A DNA stretch of 63,381 bases, filler included, from Octopus bimaculoides (taxonomy: Eukaryota), in NCBI RefSeq assembly GCF_001194135.2. It is 5 parts of 3 records of this genome, joined end to end, with 100 filler letters (N's around TTAATTAATTAA, not from the genome) between each part and the next. Parts side by side here need not be neighbours in the genome. Positions count along the whole stretch, not along the records: positions 20,972 to 47,314 come from NC_068983.1; positions 47,415 to 56,473 come from NC_068983.1; 3 more parts are not named here. One strand, written 5' to 3'. Both the position numbers and the translations under genes were made by a program. Below are positions 36,536 to 48,140 of this stretch, piece by piece. Positions within the stretch are counted from its first letter, which is position 1, and each line of letters starts with the position of its first letter. The notes beneath the pieces were generated by a model, which was given only the letters and a program-made list of their open reading frames with translations, searched no databases and was not told the DNA's origin.

Positions 36536-37497
36536 CTAAAAATGAAATACGTGCATTGCACTTTCCTTTCTGCCAGCGTGAACAAAATTGATCCAAAACT
36601 AAAGAAAAGTTCAAGGGGCCTCTTAGCAATGTATATTACTCACCTGGGCAGTTATCAATTTAGTGTATATTTTCCGTACTCATCTATGAAACCAGCAGGA
36701 TTATTAAAATATTTGCACAATTTTGTTTGGCTTTCGATTTTTTTTTTTTTCTGAAGCATATCATATTCATCGTTCAGTGCCCTACATCTATTATCATATC
36801 TAATTCAGGAAATTGAGAGCCTTAACAAATTGTCAAAATACATGTATGACTTAGGCGTATAATATTTAGTGGTCAACAATTTAAACCAATTACATAGTTT
36901 TATATCTTTAAAGAATTGAAAGAAGACATTTTGAAATTTAAAAAAAATATATATATTTACAAGAAACATTTTTCACCAACTGAATAATCGACACTATCGT
37001 ATTGAAAATGATAGAAACGTAACAGTTCCACACACATATGAGCATGGTGTGAGTCGTGATATCAGTTAATATAAAATATTATAATGGATTATTGTGGTCA
37101 AATTCAAGGAAAAGACACAAGTCATTTCCGATATCGAAAACAGTTTAAATGTTATGATTAAAAAACATTAAGCTAGCTGTGTAACATTATGGAGCAACTC
37201 ATTTCACTAATGTAATCTTATTTTTCTTTATCTTGTACGTCAGAGAAAAGTGTTTTGCTTCATTTGTTCAAAATATTTTGATCATAAATGTTATCTTTTC
37301 TGGTAATGTTATTGTTTTCTTTTAGTAAATCGTCGTGTCATTCCTGAAAGTTTCGTTCCTCAAAAGTGTGTATATGTTATGTCTATATGCATAATACTCA
37401 AATGTTCAATGTATACTTCTGCCTACATATATGTGTGCGTGTGCGTTTGTGTGTGTATATACATAGACAAACGATCATGCAAAATACAAATACATAC

Positions 37498-37536
<39 letters not shown>

Positions 37537-39159
37537 CATATATATATATAAATTTGAGTGAATGGAACAGGTAAAGTACATGCTACATATATTCCTGTCT
37601 AATTAGCTTTGGCTTCCGTAATGACTATGTAACCTTCAGTTAACTTATGTATCTTCGGTCTGATGAGAAGCTATACTGGAGCACCCCTAGTTGAGTAAAT
37701 ATTACTTCCAATGTTCTCTTAGCTAGGAAACATACGTATCATGGATTTTACTTGCTGCATTCAATTTGGATTTGCATTTACATTCATAGTTGCCGGCCAT
37801 GAACTATTAAAAGAAACTGTTGCAAACCATGTATCTAGTTGCAAATCATTGAAAACCAGCTGCAAACTATTGAAAAACTGTTTCTAGCCTATTGAACTTC
37901 ATTATGGGATAAACCTACAAACGTCTAGCCCAATAAGCTACTATTGTTCCTGAAAGTACTTCTCGAAGCTTACTAACTTCCTACACATTGATCCTTCGAT
38001 TTTATAATTACATAGCATTGTGTGCGTGTGATTGTTTGTGCATTTGTGGATGTGTGTGTGCGTGCGTGTGTAAATATGTATGTATATAGATTTAGTACAC
38101 TTGCGAATAATGGTTGATATTTATGAAGATAACAATGCTCCAGTAGAAATAAATGTTCCACAAAATGCAAACTAAGGAAATTTTTGTAACCCACTGCGTA
38201 TGATATGACTAGTACAAAAGGGGAAATATTAGTGTTTTAGTTCCACATAAAATACGATCGTTTCAATGACAGATGGGTCGTATAAATCTTTTAACCTATA
38301 ATTTCATCAAGATCACTGCATATGTACTGTTACATACATGTATATATAGACAATCCATGTGATGAGTTTATAGTTGTAGTGAAAAGTGAATATACTTGAT
38401 TGACAAATGAAAATTAACTAACAATATATCTATGTACTTTTGATAAAATTCGTTGTGAAACTGCAGCTATTAACTGGACTACAGAGTCAGACAGTTGGCT
38501 GTCCCTGAACGTAAAGTGGTTTTTAAATTTGAGCATCATTAGACAGCTATAAATTTAACTGGGATGTGTATGCCGAGAGGAACTTCAAAGAAGCAGAAAT
38601 GATCATTAACTCGCTCCTAAATATCTTTTCTTTCATATTTCATTTTTGTTTTGCTACTTTTTCGTTCTGTTTTTTTTTTGTACAACTAGTGGCTGTTACT
38701 CTGTGCTTTAATTATTATAGGTATTTTTATGATATTGATTTTATTTTCTATTTTTACTATGAATTATGTTATTCATCTTTTTGTATTGATTTTTAATTTC
38801 TGTGTAAATATATTTTTATGTTATAATTTAACTACGTTTTGACTCGTTGTTCTCTAAAGTTTATACCAAATTGTATATGAAATTACTAAGCCCCCTTTAA
38901 TTATACACAACTTTTCTTTTCATCCACACTCTCAAGTTGTGTTGCAGCCTCTTCTCTCTATATGCCTCGCTTTTCTTTTCCTTTTCTCCCATTTTTCCTC
39001 TTCATCTCGTCATAGCTGATTCTTTGAAGATGTTTCCATCCCATTTAATTCATAACTGTGTTTAGAAGCAACCAACTCTCTGCCTGTCTAGTCTAGTTAA
39101 TGCCTCCAATGACAGAGTAAATTTTGTTCCTATAGTGTAGAGTTTATTTCGATGTTATT

Positions 39160-39162
<3 letters not shown>

Positions 39163-39201
<39 letters not shown>

Positions 39202-39330
39202 CATATATACATATATATATGCATATATATAAACATATATATATATATATCTATATATATATATATATACATATATATGTATATATACACACACACAAAC
39301 ACACATATATGTATACACACACATACAAAC
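39163..39330. repeat. (TA)n/(CA)n microsatellite
   Basis: Directly visible. Confidence 0.95.
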
Positions 39331-39499
39331 ATGTTACCATCTATGATTCCGGTGGCCATGTTGGAGTCACATGTTGTAGAGATTTTCGGTCCAACGATTT
39401 GATCCCAGTTGTTTATTTTTTAAGTCTGGTACTTCTTGTATCGGCTTTTCTAGCCACAAAATAACGTGGACATAAAAAAACAAAACAAAAACAAAAAAA

Positions 39500-39692
39500 G
39501 CTAATAATGGTTTTCAACCAGTGGTGGTAGAAATATTATTTGAGAAGTCACTAATGGATCTCTCCTTTAAATGTGAGATGATCATGTAGTGAAACGGTAA
39601 TCATATAATTGACTGAATTGATCGTTTTATATTTCAAACCTGTGTCTTATTCTCGCTTGAAAATGTGAATGGAATTTTGGGCCAAACCCATA
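39500..39692 (+). mobile_element. Mariner 3' end relic
   Basis: GTAGTGAAACGGTAATCATATATAATTGACTGA (cf. VV.NNG.YIID*) followed by TIR-like GGAATTTTGGGCCAAACCCA|TA. Confidence 0.55.
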
Positions 39693-39869
39693 TGCATATG
39701 TTTGTGTATGTTTGCGTGTAGGTATGAATGCATGTATGTATGTATGTATTATGTATGCATGAATGTATGTATATATTATACACACTCATTCTTTCATAAG
39801 TATACATTCGTGTATATGTGAAATGAATTTGTGTGTGTGTGAATATATATACAGAGAAACAAATTGTGG

Positions 39870-39935
<66 letters not shown>

Positions 39936-41109
39936 TCTGCATAAGATAACAATAGCAGTGCAAATCTTTGTGCCGGATTCCTTAAATGACGATGGCCAAA
40001 CGTTCTCTACAAGCTATTTATAGGTGATTTTAATAGTTAACTTCTACTTCTCTCTAGTTCCCATGTCAGTGTAATGTTATACGTAATGATCTTGCGAATA
40101 TTATCATCGTAGTGTTTCAGTTCAGTGGACTTTGTAATTTTTATGTCACACATGACAAGCAATATGCATCTTGTAACGGTAACTGCAAGAAATCTTTCTT
40201 CCGCTGGAATTCAAATTCGTATTTTTATCGCTACATTTTTGTTTCTTACAATTTGATGATGTTATCTTGTTCACAAAGTTTTCACAGACACCCATAAACA
40301 AAATTTATATCCAATGTACCTAGTAACTTCACCGTCACCAGCAAGCTCATAACTATAACTCTAGTAAAATGAAATTTCTTTCTCATTTCGTTATTTTATA
40401 AGTTTCTTATGTTTTAATATAATTTTACCATTTATTTTGATCTTTCTTTTAAATGTTTAAGAAATAACGTTAATGTTTAAGTGACTTGCTCTCAGTTATT
40501 TTATTATCTATATATTTCAATCTTTCTCATAAACGTTTAAATGTTATTTTAATATTTATTTGTTTATAGCCTTCCGAAGCTGTTTTAGGCAAAATAATGT
40601 CTGTTTGGTGACTGTATGTATACAATTCGTTGTGGTTGCTGTAGATGTTATGAAGGATCACTCACAAGATATGATATTCTCGATGTGTAGCACCTGATAT
40701 ATACTGACAAAGTCAAGAAGACCTTTGATAAAATGCATTCCAATCGTGACCGTTCCGTTTATTTTCCAATGCCTAAGGAATCTTAGGTCATAATATCTGA
40801 ATGTGTCCGCTAAATTTGGAAAACGTTATTATCCACAACTGCATAGACGCTCCCATTTGATCGTACAGGATGCATAACGTATGTGACAGGCAAGCTGCAG
40901 TGAAGTTCTTAAACGTGAAGAGCGAAACATTTTACATGTGTTAAAATTAAAATTCTGTGAAATTACACACAAATTTGTTTTAGAATTGAACCAGAACAAA
41001 TCAATATTTAAATTCTGAGTTTCAAAGAAAAAGTATTACACAGAAAGCTTTTAACACAATAAAGCTTACATGATTGGAAAAATCTTTCCTTTTCAGCATT
41101 CTCCGAAGG

Positions 41110-42640
41110 TCAGAGTGTAAAACATATCTTCCCGTTTGAGCATCCTGCGTAGGTCAGAATTTGAGACAAACTGTTATCGTGTTTGTAATAGTCACATATT
41201 TCCTCAGCAGTTTTGGTAATCGTTTTGCGTAGCGTAGACCGATATAATTCCGCACAGTCCATCTGTGGTGGGGATAATACCACCTGTAGCATTTCCATGA
41301 AGAGTGATGATTTATCGTGCAGGACTGTGTAGGTCTTCAATTTAGAAACATTAAAATGCCGTATTTTCTTTGCAGATTTATTGTGGTAAGGTCGCACTGC
41401 CAGAGACTGATCCGGGAAATGAGTTGTCACTGATCTGTCCAATAAGCGTCTGCCCCGGTGAGACTTTGGATCACGAGTACTTAGCTCCAGTCACAGGTTC
41501 TTGTGAGGACGTAGTCCATGATGTGCCAGTGCTTGATCGCCGCTGGTGCATCAATGCAGTCTGGTGTTGGTTAAGAAGACGGAAGTGGTTGTTTGTAACA
41601 ACCTGCCCATTCTCAGCGCACAAGCCAAGGCGAAGCAATCCAGTTGAATTTTTCCACACCCGTCCAGAGTTCACTTGTTATTCCCTGAAATCTTCCAACA
41701 TAAGCAGGTTGTCTCTTCTTGGCACGACCTGGATGGCCCTGTGGAGGTCGGAGTAAAAAGAAACCTTGTCGTCATCGCAAGAATCATTCGCAGGGGCGTA
41801 AGCTGAGGTCAAAGTAAGGTGACAGAAATAGGAGTAAGATTGTATCCGTTCCATAGGGAGGTCTTCACCGTAAAACCACATCGTGGATTCACTTTTCGCT
41901 CCTATTTTTTATAAAAACCGTCCTCGCCAGCATGTTTTGTTTCAGATAGGGCTGCAATCTCACATTGCTGTGATCCAGATCCCTCCTCTCTACAGTACTG
42001 CCCCTGTGGAGCCTGTCTTTGACATTCAGGTCCACGACTGTGCGCACATTCCAATTTCCCATAATAAGAGAAGTTTGTTTTATTCTTGCTACTTCTGTTC
42101 TTGCTAGATTTGTAGTGAATCCCCGATTGCCGCGATAAACCAATCAGGGAAAATGCGTGGTATCCTATGGTTACTTTCCCCACCCTTTTCAAGGGAATTT
42201 CCCATACGGGGTGGGTTGCGGTGGTTCTGAACAGGTCAGCCCAGTCGCTTTCTACAGTTGCTGAACAGCCATGACACTGCGCATTGTGGATAGTACGATC
42301 TCCACGGGAGAGCCACCATCATGTTTTTCCGGACTAGAAGACTGGAGCTGACTAAGCCTACCCCCATTGCTACCTGAGTTAGGGAACAGTGCGGAGAGAT
42401 TCACTTTTGAAGCTACACATGACCGCGTTGCAAACACGAGACCAAAACACTTGGCCACCCGACTTCAAGCAGCGGCACCACTAGATTTGGTGACATGCCA
42501 AACCTGGTTGGGGTGCTTGCAGAATTCCCCAGATGTGATCGAGACCCGCCTTGTTCGTGATGTCCAAGTATGGCAACGCTGGCTTTATATCGAAGGGATT
42601 GCCTTCAAGTCGCACGAGCTCCATCTACCCTAAAACATAA
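41110..42640 (-). mobile_element. RTE-clade LINE: 5' UTR and AP-endonuclease domain, RT absent
   Basis: MGNWNVRTV, EIAALSETKHAGE, LTSAYAPA..DDDKVSFYSDL..VPRRDNLLMLEDF, KHWHIMDYVLTR, YWTDQ (cf. GTWNVRTL, IAALSETRLAGEG, SAYAPT, GDFNA, HLIDYV, WTDH). Confidence 0.9.
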
Positions 42641-43109
42641 ATCGTAGCTAACCCATAACTGGCATCCTAGTAGGTGCTATTACTCCGAATCAGAGGAGAT
42701 TTGGGAACAATAGAGGCTACAATGTAGTTTCACATTACCCAATCTCAGGAACCCCTGTACTAGGATCACGATATCCGTGTCCATTTTATATACTTGTCCA
42801 GGACAAATCATAATGTATCTGTGTTCCAAAGAAAGAAAACATCACGAAAAGTCTAATAATACGCAAAATAGTCATTCGTATTTTTGTTATTACTATATAT
42901 ATCGAACAGGGAATAATTAACGAGAAACCATGCGTTTTACCAAAACAAATCAAATGCAAATATTGTAAGGAAGTAACACTTGAAAATAATTTGTGTCCTG
43001 TATGTATGTTCTTTTATTGTTACTACATCTCCTATCACTACCAGTAGAAAGAAAATTTGATGATATAATAATAATAATGATGATGATGATGATGATGATG
43101 ATGATTATA

Positions 43110-43657
43110 AATACTTTGATGCGGCACCAGGCAGTAGCTCGCATAACTTCTGATCTTAACTGATTGGATGTCTAATCATGTACGTTGCTTTGTCTTGATC
43201 TACAGCGAATATTCTGCTCAGTATCACTGATTTGCTTGTCAGCTGTTTGACAATAACCTGTTGGAGAAGTTCCTTAGTGGTTGACGATGAGTGTATCTCT
43301 GATTACGAGAGGGAGTGATTGATGGCCGAGCATCGTAGTCATGGGTTGAGAGGACGTCTTTGGGGTTTAGATAATTCGCCTCTGGAAACATGGGTGTTTC
43401 GTTCAACATTATTAAACAACCCTTATTCAGGGACATTTTGAGCAGGACGGGCTACTCAACATGAAGGAAATTCTAACTAGACTCCCACCTGCAAGTTCAT
43501 GCGCTGATTATCTTGATATAATATCACCATGTCGCTAACATATGGTCGTGATGCATGTGGCTGGTGTACCCTTATCTGACTAGTAGTCATGATGGGTATA
43601 TTGGGCTTCATATATTTAACCCCAGTGTCACTTTGATGGCATGCACTGCTCTCTCAC
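43110..43657 (+). mobile_element. ~550-bp non-coding interspersed element (copy 2 of the 9154-9658 family)
   Basis: Colinear with the reverse complement of 9154-9658; flanked by (AAT)n/(GAT)n on the left and (ATT)n/(AGT)n on the right. Confidence 0.8.
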
Positions 43658-43742
<85 letters not shown>

Positions 43743-43743
43743 C

Positions 43744-43798
<55 letters not shown>

Positions 43799-43800
43799 TG
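43658..43800. repeat. Compound (ATT)n/(AGT)n microsatellite
   Basis: Directly visible. Confidence 0.95.
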
Positions 43801-44369
43801 ATTTTAATTATTCTGATTATTCTTATTAATGATAATAATAATAATGATAACTCATCATCACCGTCGTCATCAACATCATCTTCATTGTTTTCTTACTCAA
43901 GTTCTTAGAAATTAATTACCAACTTTTCCTTTGATTATTTCACAAGCAATGTCCTCATATCATCCTGATGTCTTCAGAGGTGGATTAGCAAACATACTTA
44001 TTAAAATTTTTTCCACTATTTCCCAATTATTTTATCCAATCTCATTAATTTTAATAACAAAAAAGATGTTATATTGAATTATATTCCCAAACTGTCAGCT
44101 TACCTCTTGTTAACTCATGCTTCAGAGAATGAGAACTATCAATAGATCAGAAAGAGAGAGAGAGGCGGGAGAGAGCATGAACGATGATGATCGAATAAAG
44201 CGGTGTAATCGAATGATTTCAAGTGGTAAAATAACGCATAGTTCCATTGTTTACGCGTAATAACTATTTAGTTTCTTTTCAATTTTATAATCAAAACTTT
44301 CTTTAATCATATTCATCGCTACCGTTATTTTGTTTATGTAAGTTGTGAATGTACCATTAATAAGTTTGT

Positions 44370-44533
44370 ATCATATGCATACGTACCTCTTATATATGTA
44401 TGTATGTATGTATATATGTATGTATGTAAATATGTACGTAGGTATGTATGTATGTATGTATATATGTATTAATCTCTCTATCTATCTATCTATCTATCTA
44501 TATGCATGTGTGTATCTATCTATCTGTCTGCCT

Positions 44534-44607
<74 letters not shown>

Positions 44608-44610
44608 CTT
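44370..44610. repeat. Compound (TATG)n/(TATC)n/(TC)n/(TA)n microsatellite
   Basis: Directly visible. Confidence 0.95.
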
Positions 44611-45141
44611 CCTTTCTGTCAGTCGATTTACCTATCTATTCATCAAACTGTCAATCCATTTCATAAGTTTGAAACCTGAAGAATTTGGTTTTGAAATGTG
44701 TACATGTATTCATGCAGGATTTCTTCGACTGAGTAACGACATCAGCACAATATGCCCAACAAAGTTAAAAAGAATACATCCCGGATTTTCGAGTAATGGA
44801 CTTCACTACAGATCTGTTCACTCAGGGTAGTGCGGAATGGAATAGCAGACTATATGTCAGAGGCTTAGCGATGCATGCAGCTAGTCGTAGACTTCAAATT
44901 GATTGTCAATAGAACCGCCAAATTTTATGAACAGTAAAACCAACCACTTAGAGATGAATATTTCTGTTTTCTCTCTGAACACACATACTTCCCTTATTAT
45001 AAGCAATCCTCTTTGTCTATTGGTTTTCTTTCATTGGAACGGTAGTGCTTTGCACAAATTATTAATACTATAATAAACATAACGTTAAACTGTAAACTAT
45101 TTTCTTTTCACTCATCTAATATTACAGTACATAGACCTTAG

Positions 45142-45209
45142 ATATTGTCTTTTTCATGGAGATTGGACCTCAGTGTGCAAACGTGCACGGCCTTATAAAT
45201 GCACTAGAG
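45142..45209 (+). CDS. Speculative exon IVFFMEIGPQCANVHGLINALE
   Basis: CCTTAG acceptor (alternative at 45161), GAG|GTAATG donor, phase-0 end compatible with 45357-45411. No homology recognised. Confidence 0.12.
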
Positions 45210-45356
45210 GTAATGGTTCATGTCATGGATTCATTGGACGTCTGAAGATTAAACGAACGTTTTCTCCCATGTGCTGGTACGAACGAAAGTTATGTAGTAG
45301 GGCGCACATGTGTTCGACACCTTCTTTCGATCAAGCAGCACCTTCTCTTCCTGCAG

Positions 45357-45411
45357 GCTTGGGCAGAAGTTAATGGTGGCAATTGTTTCTGGCTTCTCTT
45401 CCTCCACGTTA
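45357..45411 (+). CDS. Speculative 55-nt exon AWAEVNGGNCFWLLFLHV
   Basis: Strong acceptor CCTTCTCTTCCTGCAG| and donor |GTAAGT; two frames open. No homology recognised. Confidence 0.18.
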
Positions 45412-45494
45412 GTAAGTAATCAGCTTGTAACATAATGGCATTCCGTCTGTTAGAACGGTGAGGGTTCCAGGTGATTCGCCATCGGAACACGCCG

Positions 45495-46990
45495 GCTCAC
45501 ACTCATACCTCAACTTCTCTTCCTCCCACCCTAAACATACCAAACTCTACATTCCCTATTTCCAATTCCTCCGCCTGCCCTGGCTCTGTAGTAACAACCA
45601 TGACTTTGTGACTCAATCCCAACTTATGGCCCACCACTTCATCCTTTGTGGATATCCCCTCACCACTATCCACACCACCCTTACCAGAGCACATTCCGTG
45701 GACCGTGCTTCTGCTCTCTTTCCCCTTACCCGCCCCGACGTTACCTGTCTCCCATTTTCCCTCACCTACCACCCCTCCACTCTGCCCTTTCGGTGCGCCA
45801 TTCACCGAGCCTTCCGGCGATTCTGGTCCGATCCCTCCACTTCGGACATCTTCCCTAACCTACCCCTTCCATCCTTCAAACGAGCCCACAACCTACGTGA
45901 CATCCCGGTCCACAGATTCTTCTCTAATCCCACCTCACAACCTGGTTCGTTCCCCCTGCTCCTGCCACGCGGCCACACTTTTCCCTACCTCTCCAACACC
46001 ACCATCCTCAGAGGTACCCATCATCGCCCCTATCATATCACTAGCTCCTTTACCTTCACTTTTACCTACGTCATTTACAGCATCTCCGAGTATCTCTGAC
46101 CTTCTCTGAACATCGGTCAAAGGGGACGCCGCTTAGCTGACCGGTTAGAGAAGCACCTCCGAGACATTAGACACCTTGGTGTCGCGCCATTTCTGATTTA
46201 CAGGTAATTCATTACAACACCTGTCTGTTCTCGCATAGTCCTTGCACAGGGGTCATACGGACTCCCGTGAACAAAGATTAATCTTCTCTCTTCGCTACTT
46301 TGCTCCACATGGGCTCAACTCCCCTTCTCTATTCATTCGACTCTACTACTCTCCTCTCTTCATCTGACACCTACTTCCTCTCTTCACTCCAACACATTTC
46401 TTCTCTCCTCTCTTACTCTGACACCTGCTTCATTTCTTCACTCATACCCACCTTCTCCCTTCATTGATACCACCTCCATCCACGCCCAAAACCCATACAT
46501 CCCACGCCAACATATCCCACTGCTATCCCCACATCCTCACCCCCAAACCACCGACCCTCACTTCCCTACACTCTAATACTGCCACACTACACCACACACC
46601 ACACACCACCACACCACATCACACCACACCGCACACACTAGCACTGACCACTTCCCAGCACACACACCATCATCAACACACTCACTCATTACAGACGAAT
46701 ACACTTACACATCCACACATCCACACGTCAAAGTCACTAGCCCCTATCCACACGCACACACTTCATGATCTCCCCTTCTTCGTAGCTCTCCTGTCTAACT
46801 ACCTTTGTCCAGCTAGTCGCCATGATTGACTGCATACTGCAGAAGATTTTTTTTATTCTCTGTTCGTTTATTTCCTCTTGTCCTTTCTGTTGAAGAGCGT
46901 AGGCTCGAAATGTAAAAGACTTTCTCACCTTCTCGTGCATCAAATTAAGACACCTACTTTTTGTAGATACACCTGTCTGCGTCTTTTGTT
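45495..46990 (+). mobile_element. 5'-truncated Penelope-like element (RT thumb, GIY-YIG endonuclease, C/A-rich 3' region)
   Basis: SHSYLNFSSSHP..K..IPYFQFLRL..CS, CGYP, LPFSLTYHP, SFKRAHNLRD, FTFTFTYVIYSI, IGQRGRRLADRLEKHLRDI, EQRLIFSLRYFAPHGLN. Confidence 0.92.
46880..46920 (+). ncRNA. Minimal type I hammerhead-ribozyme-like motif (atypical core) at the Penelope 3' end
   Basis: GTCCTTT-CTGTTGA-A-GAGC(GTAG)GCTC-GAAA-TGTA-AAAGAC: stem I GTC(C)TTT/AAAGAC, 4-bp stem II, GAAA, GUA triplet; A6>U and stem III ATGT (probably from ACGT). Activity unknown. Confidence 0.7.
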
Positions 46991-46994
46991 TTTC

Positions 46995-47295
46995 TATGCA
47001 TTTCAATTCCCTCCAAGTTTTCCTATCGTTACTAAACTCGCTTGCCTCTCTCAGTCCAACACTTCTTACAACCAAACGTTTCCTTATTCCATCTTGCCAA
47101 ACAAACCGAGGTCTGCTTCTGGTTCTGCTGCCTTCCTTTTCTGTCTTCATCACCCTCCTTCCCATCCGCTCCTCATCCATCTTTTCTGTGTGGCCAAACC
47201 ACCTCAACATTCGTCTATCCATTCTGGTACGTAGATTTTCTTTGATTCCTGCCCGCCTTCGCACGTCCTCATTCTTCATGCTGTCTATAAGGCAA
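46995..47295 (-). mobile_element. RTE LINE 3' fragment
   Basis: NEDVRRRAGIKENLRTRMDRRMLRWFGHTEKMDEER..EGSRTRSRPRFVWQDGI..DRKTWR (cf. LRWFGHVERM..R..GRP..W.D). Confidence 0.88.
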
Positions 47296-47419
47296 CGTAT
47301 ATATATATATATATNNNNNNNNNNNNNNNNNNNNNNNNNNNNNNNNNNNNNNNNNNNNTTAATTAATTAANNNNNNNNNNNNNNNNNNNNNNNNNNNNNN
47401 NNNNNNNNNNNNNNTGTGT

Positions 47420-47587
47420 GTGTGTGTGTGTTCCACATTCCACATAGTTTCTCAATTTCTCAAATTCATTAACAAGGTATTGGTCGGCCCGGCGTTGTAT
47501 CAGACATTTGTCTTCGGTGCCATTCAGTGAGGTTCAACCCGAAACCACATCGTTGCAATGTGAACTTAACCATAAGGCCAACCCCGT
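47420..47587 (-). mobile_element. SINE family B, degenerate
   Basis: Reverse complement GGGTTGGCCTTATGGTTAAG...GGTTTCGGGTTGAACCTCACTG...GGGCCGACCAATACCTTG. Confidence 0.7.
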
Positions 47588-47789
47588 TCTTTTTTTTTTA
47601 ATATGGTTTTTCAGAAATTTGCAGAAATGGATCGATAACATTAATCAAAAGGTGGCGAAAGTCGGCAAATTTAAGAACATTATAGAAATTACAGAAATTT
47701 AGTATCATAATTGGATTAGGTTTGAAGGCTGAATAAGGGAAACAATGTTAGCTGCACGTTCTTACTGAGAACGAAACTATTCTTTCTTC

Positions 47790-48140
47790 TTCGGACTCCC
47801 GTTTTTACTTCCCCGCCATTGTATTATTTCTCGCAGAATCTCGCGTTAACTTTTCAATCAAGCCCACTCCCAGTATCTCGATCTCCCTTTCCTCATTCTC
47901 TCTGTCTCTCCCTTTTCTCTCTATGCGCCGCCGCCATCATTTCACCTCGACACGCACAGCTTACTTGAATAAAACAATATCCACAACATTTCTCGCTTGC
48001 TCGGCCACTACTGCGTAGTTGTTATGGTAACGGCTACCGTTGCCGACGACACTACAACAGACGTGTAAATATCAAAGACAAGAAGTGATGTTGATAAACA
48101 TCAATGATTAACAATCAAACTATGGCGTCTACTACAACTG
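47790..48140. promoter_or_regulatory. CpG-rich promoter-like island with RFX X-box and YY1-like motifs
   Basis: X-box GTTGTTATGGTAAC (48018-48031), half-site GTTGCC (48039); ATGATGGCGGC (minus, 47930-47940), ACAATGGCGG (minus, 47813-47822), AACTATGGCG (plus, 48118-48127); minus-strand donors CAA|GTAAGC (47965) and TCA|GTAAGA (47766); visibly CpG-dense versus flanks. Confidence 0.5.

Noticed and set aside
40690-40750. IYTDKVKKTFDKM resembling the LINE RT motif IYLDFxKAFDKV
   Set aside because: Single short motif without colinear support.
44665-44715. CTGAAGA-N10-GAAATGTGTACATGTA hammerhead-like string
   Set aside because: No stem II pairing, stem I does not close and no Penelope coding sequence is adjacent; would need several assumed mutations.
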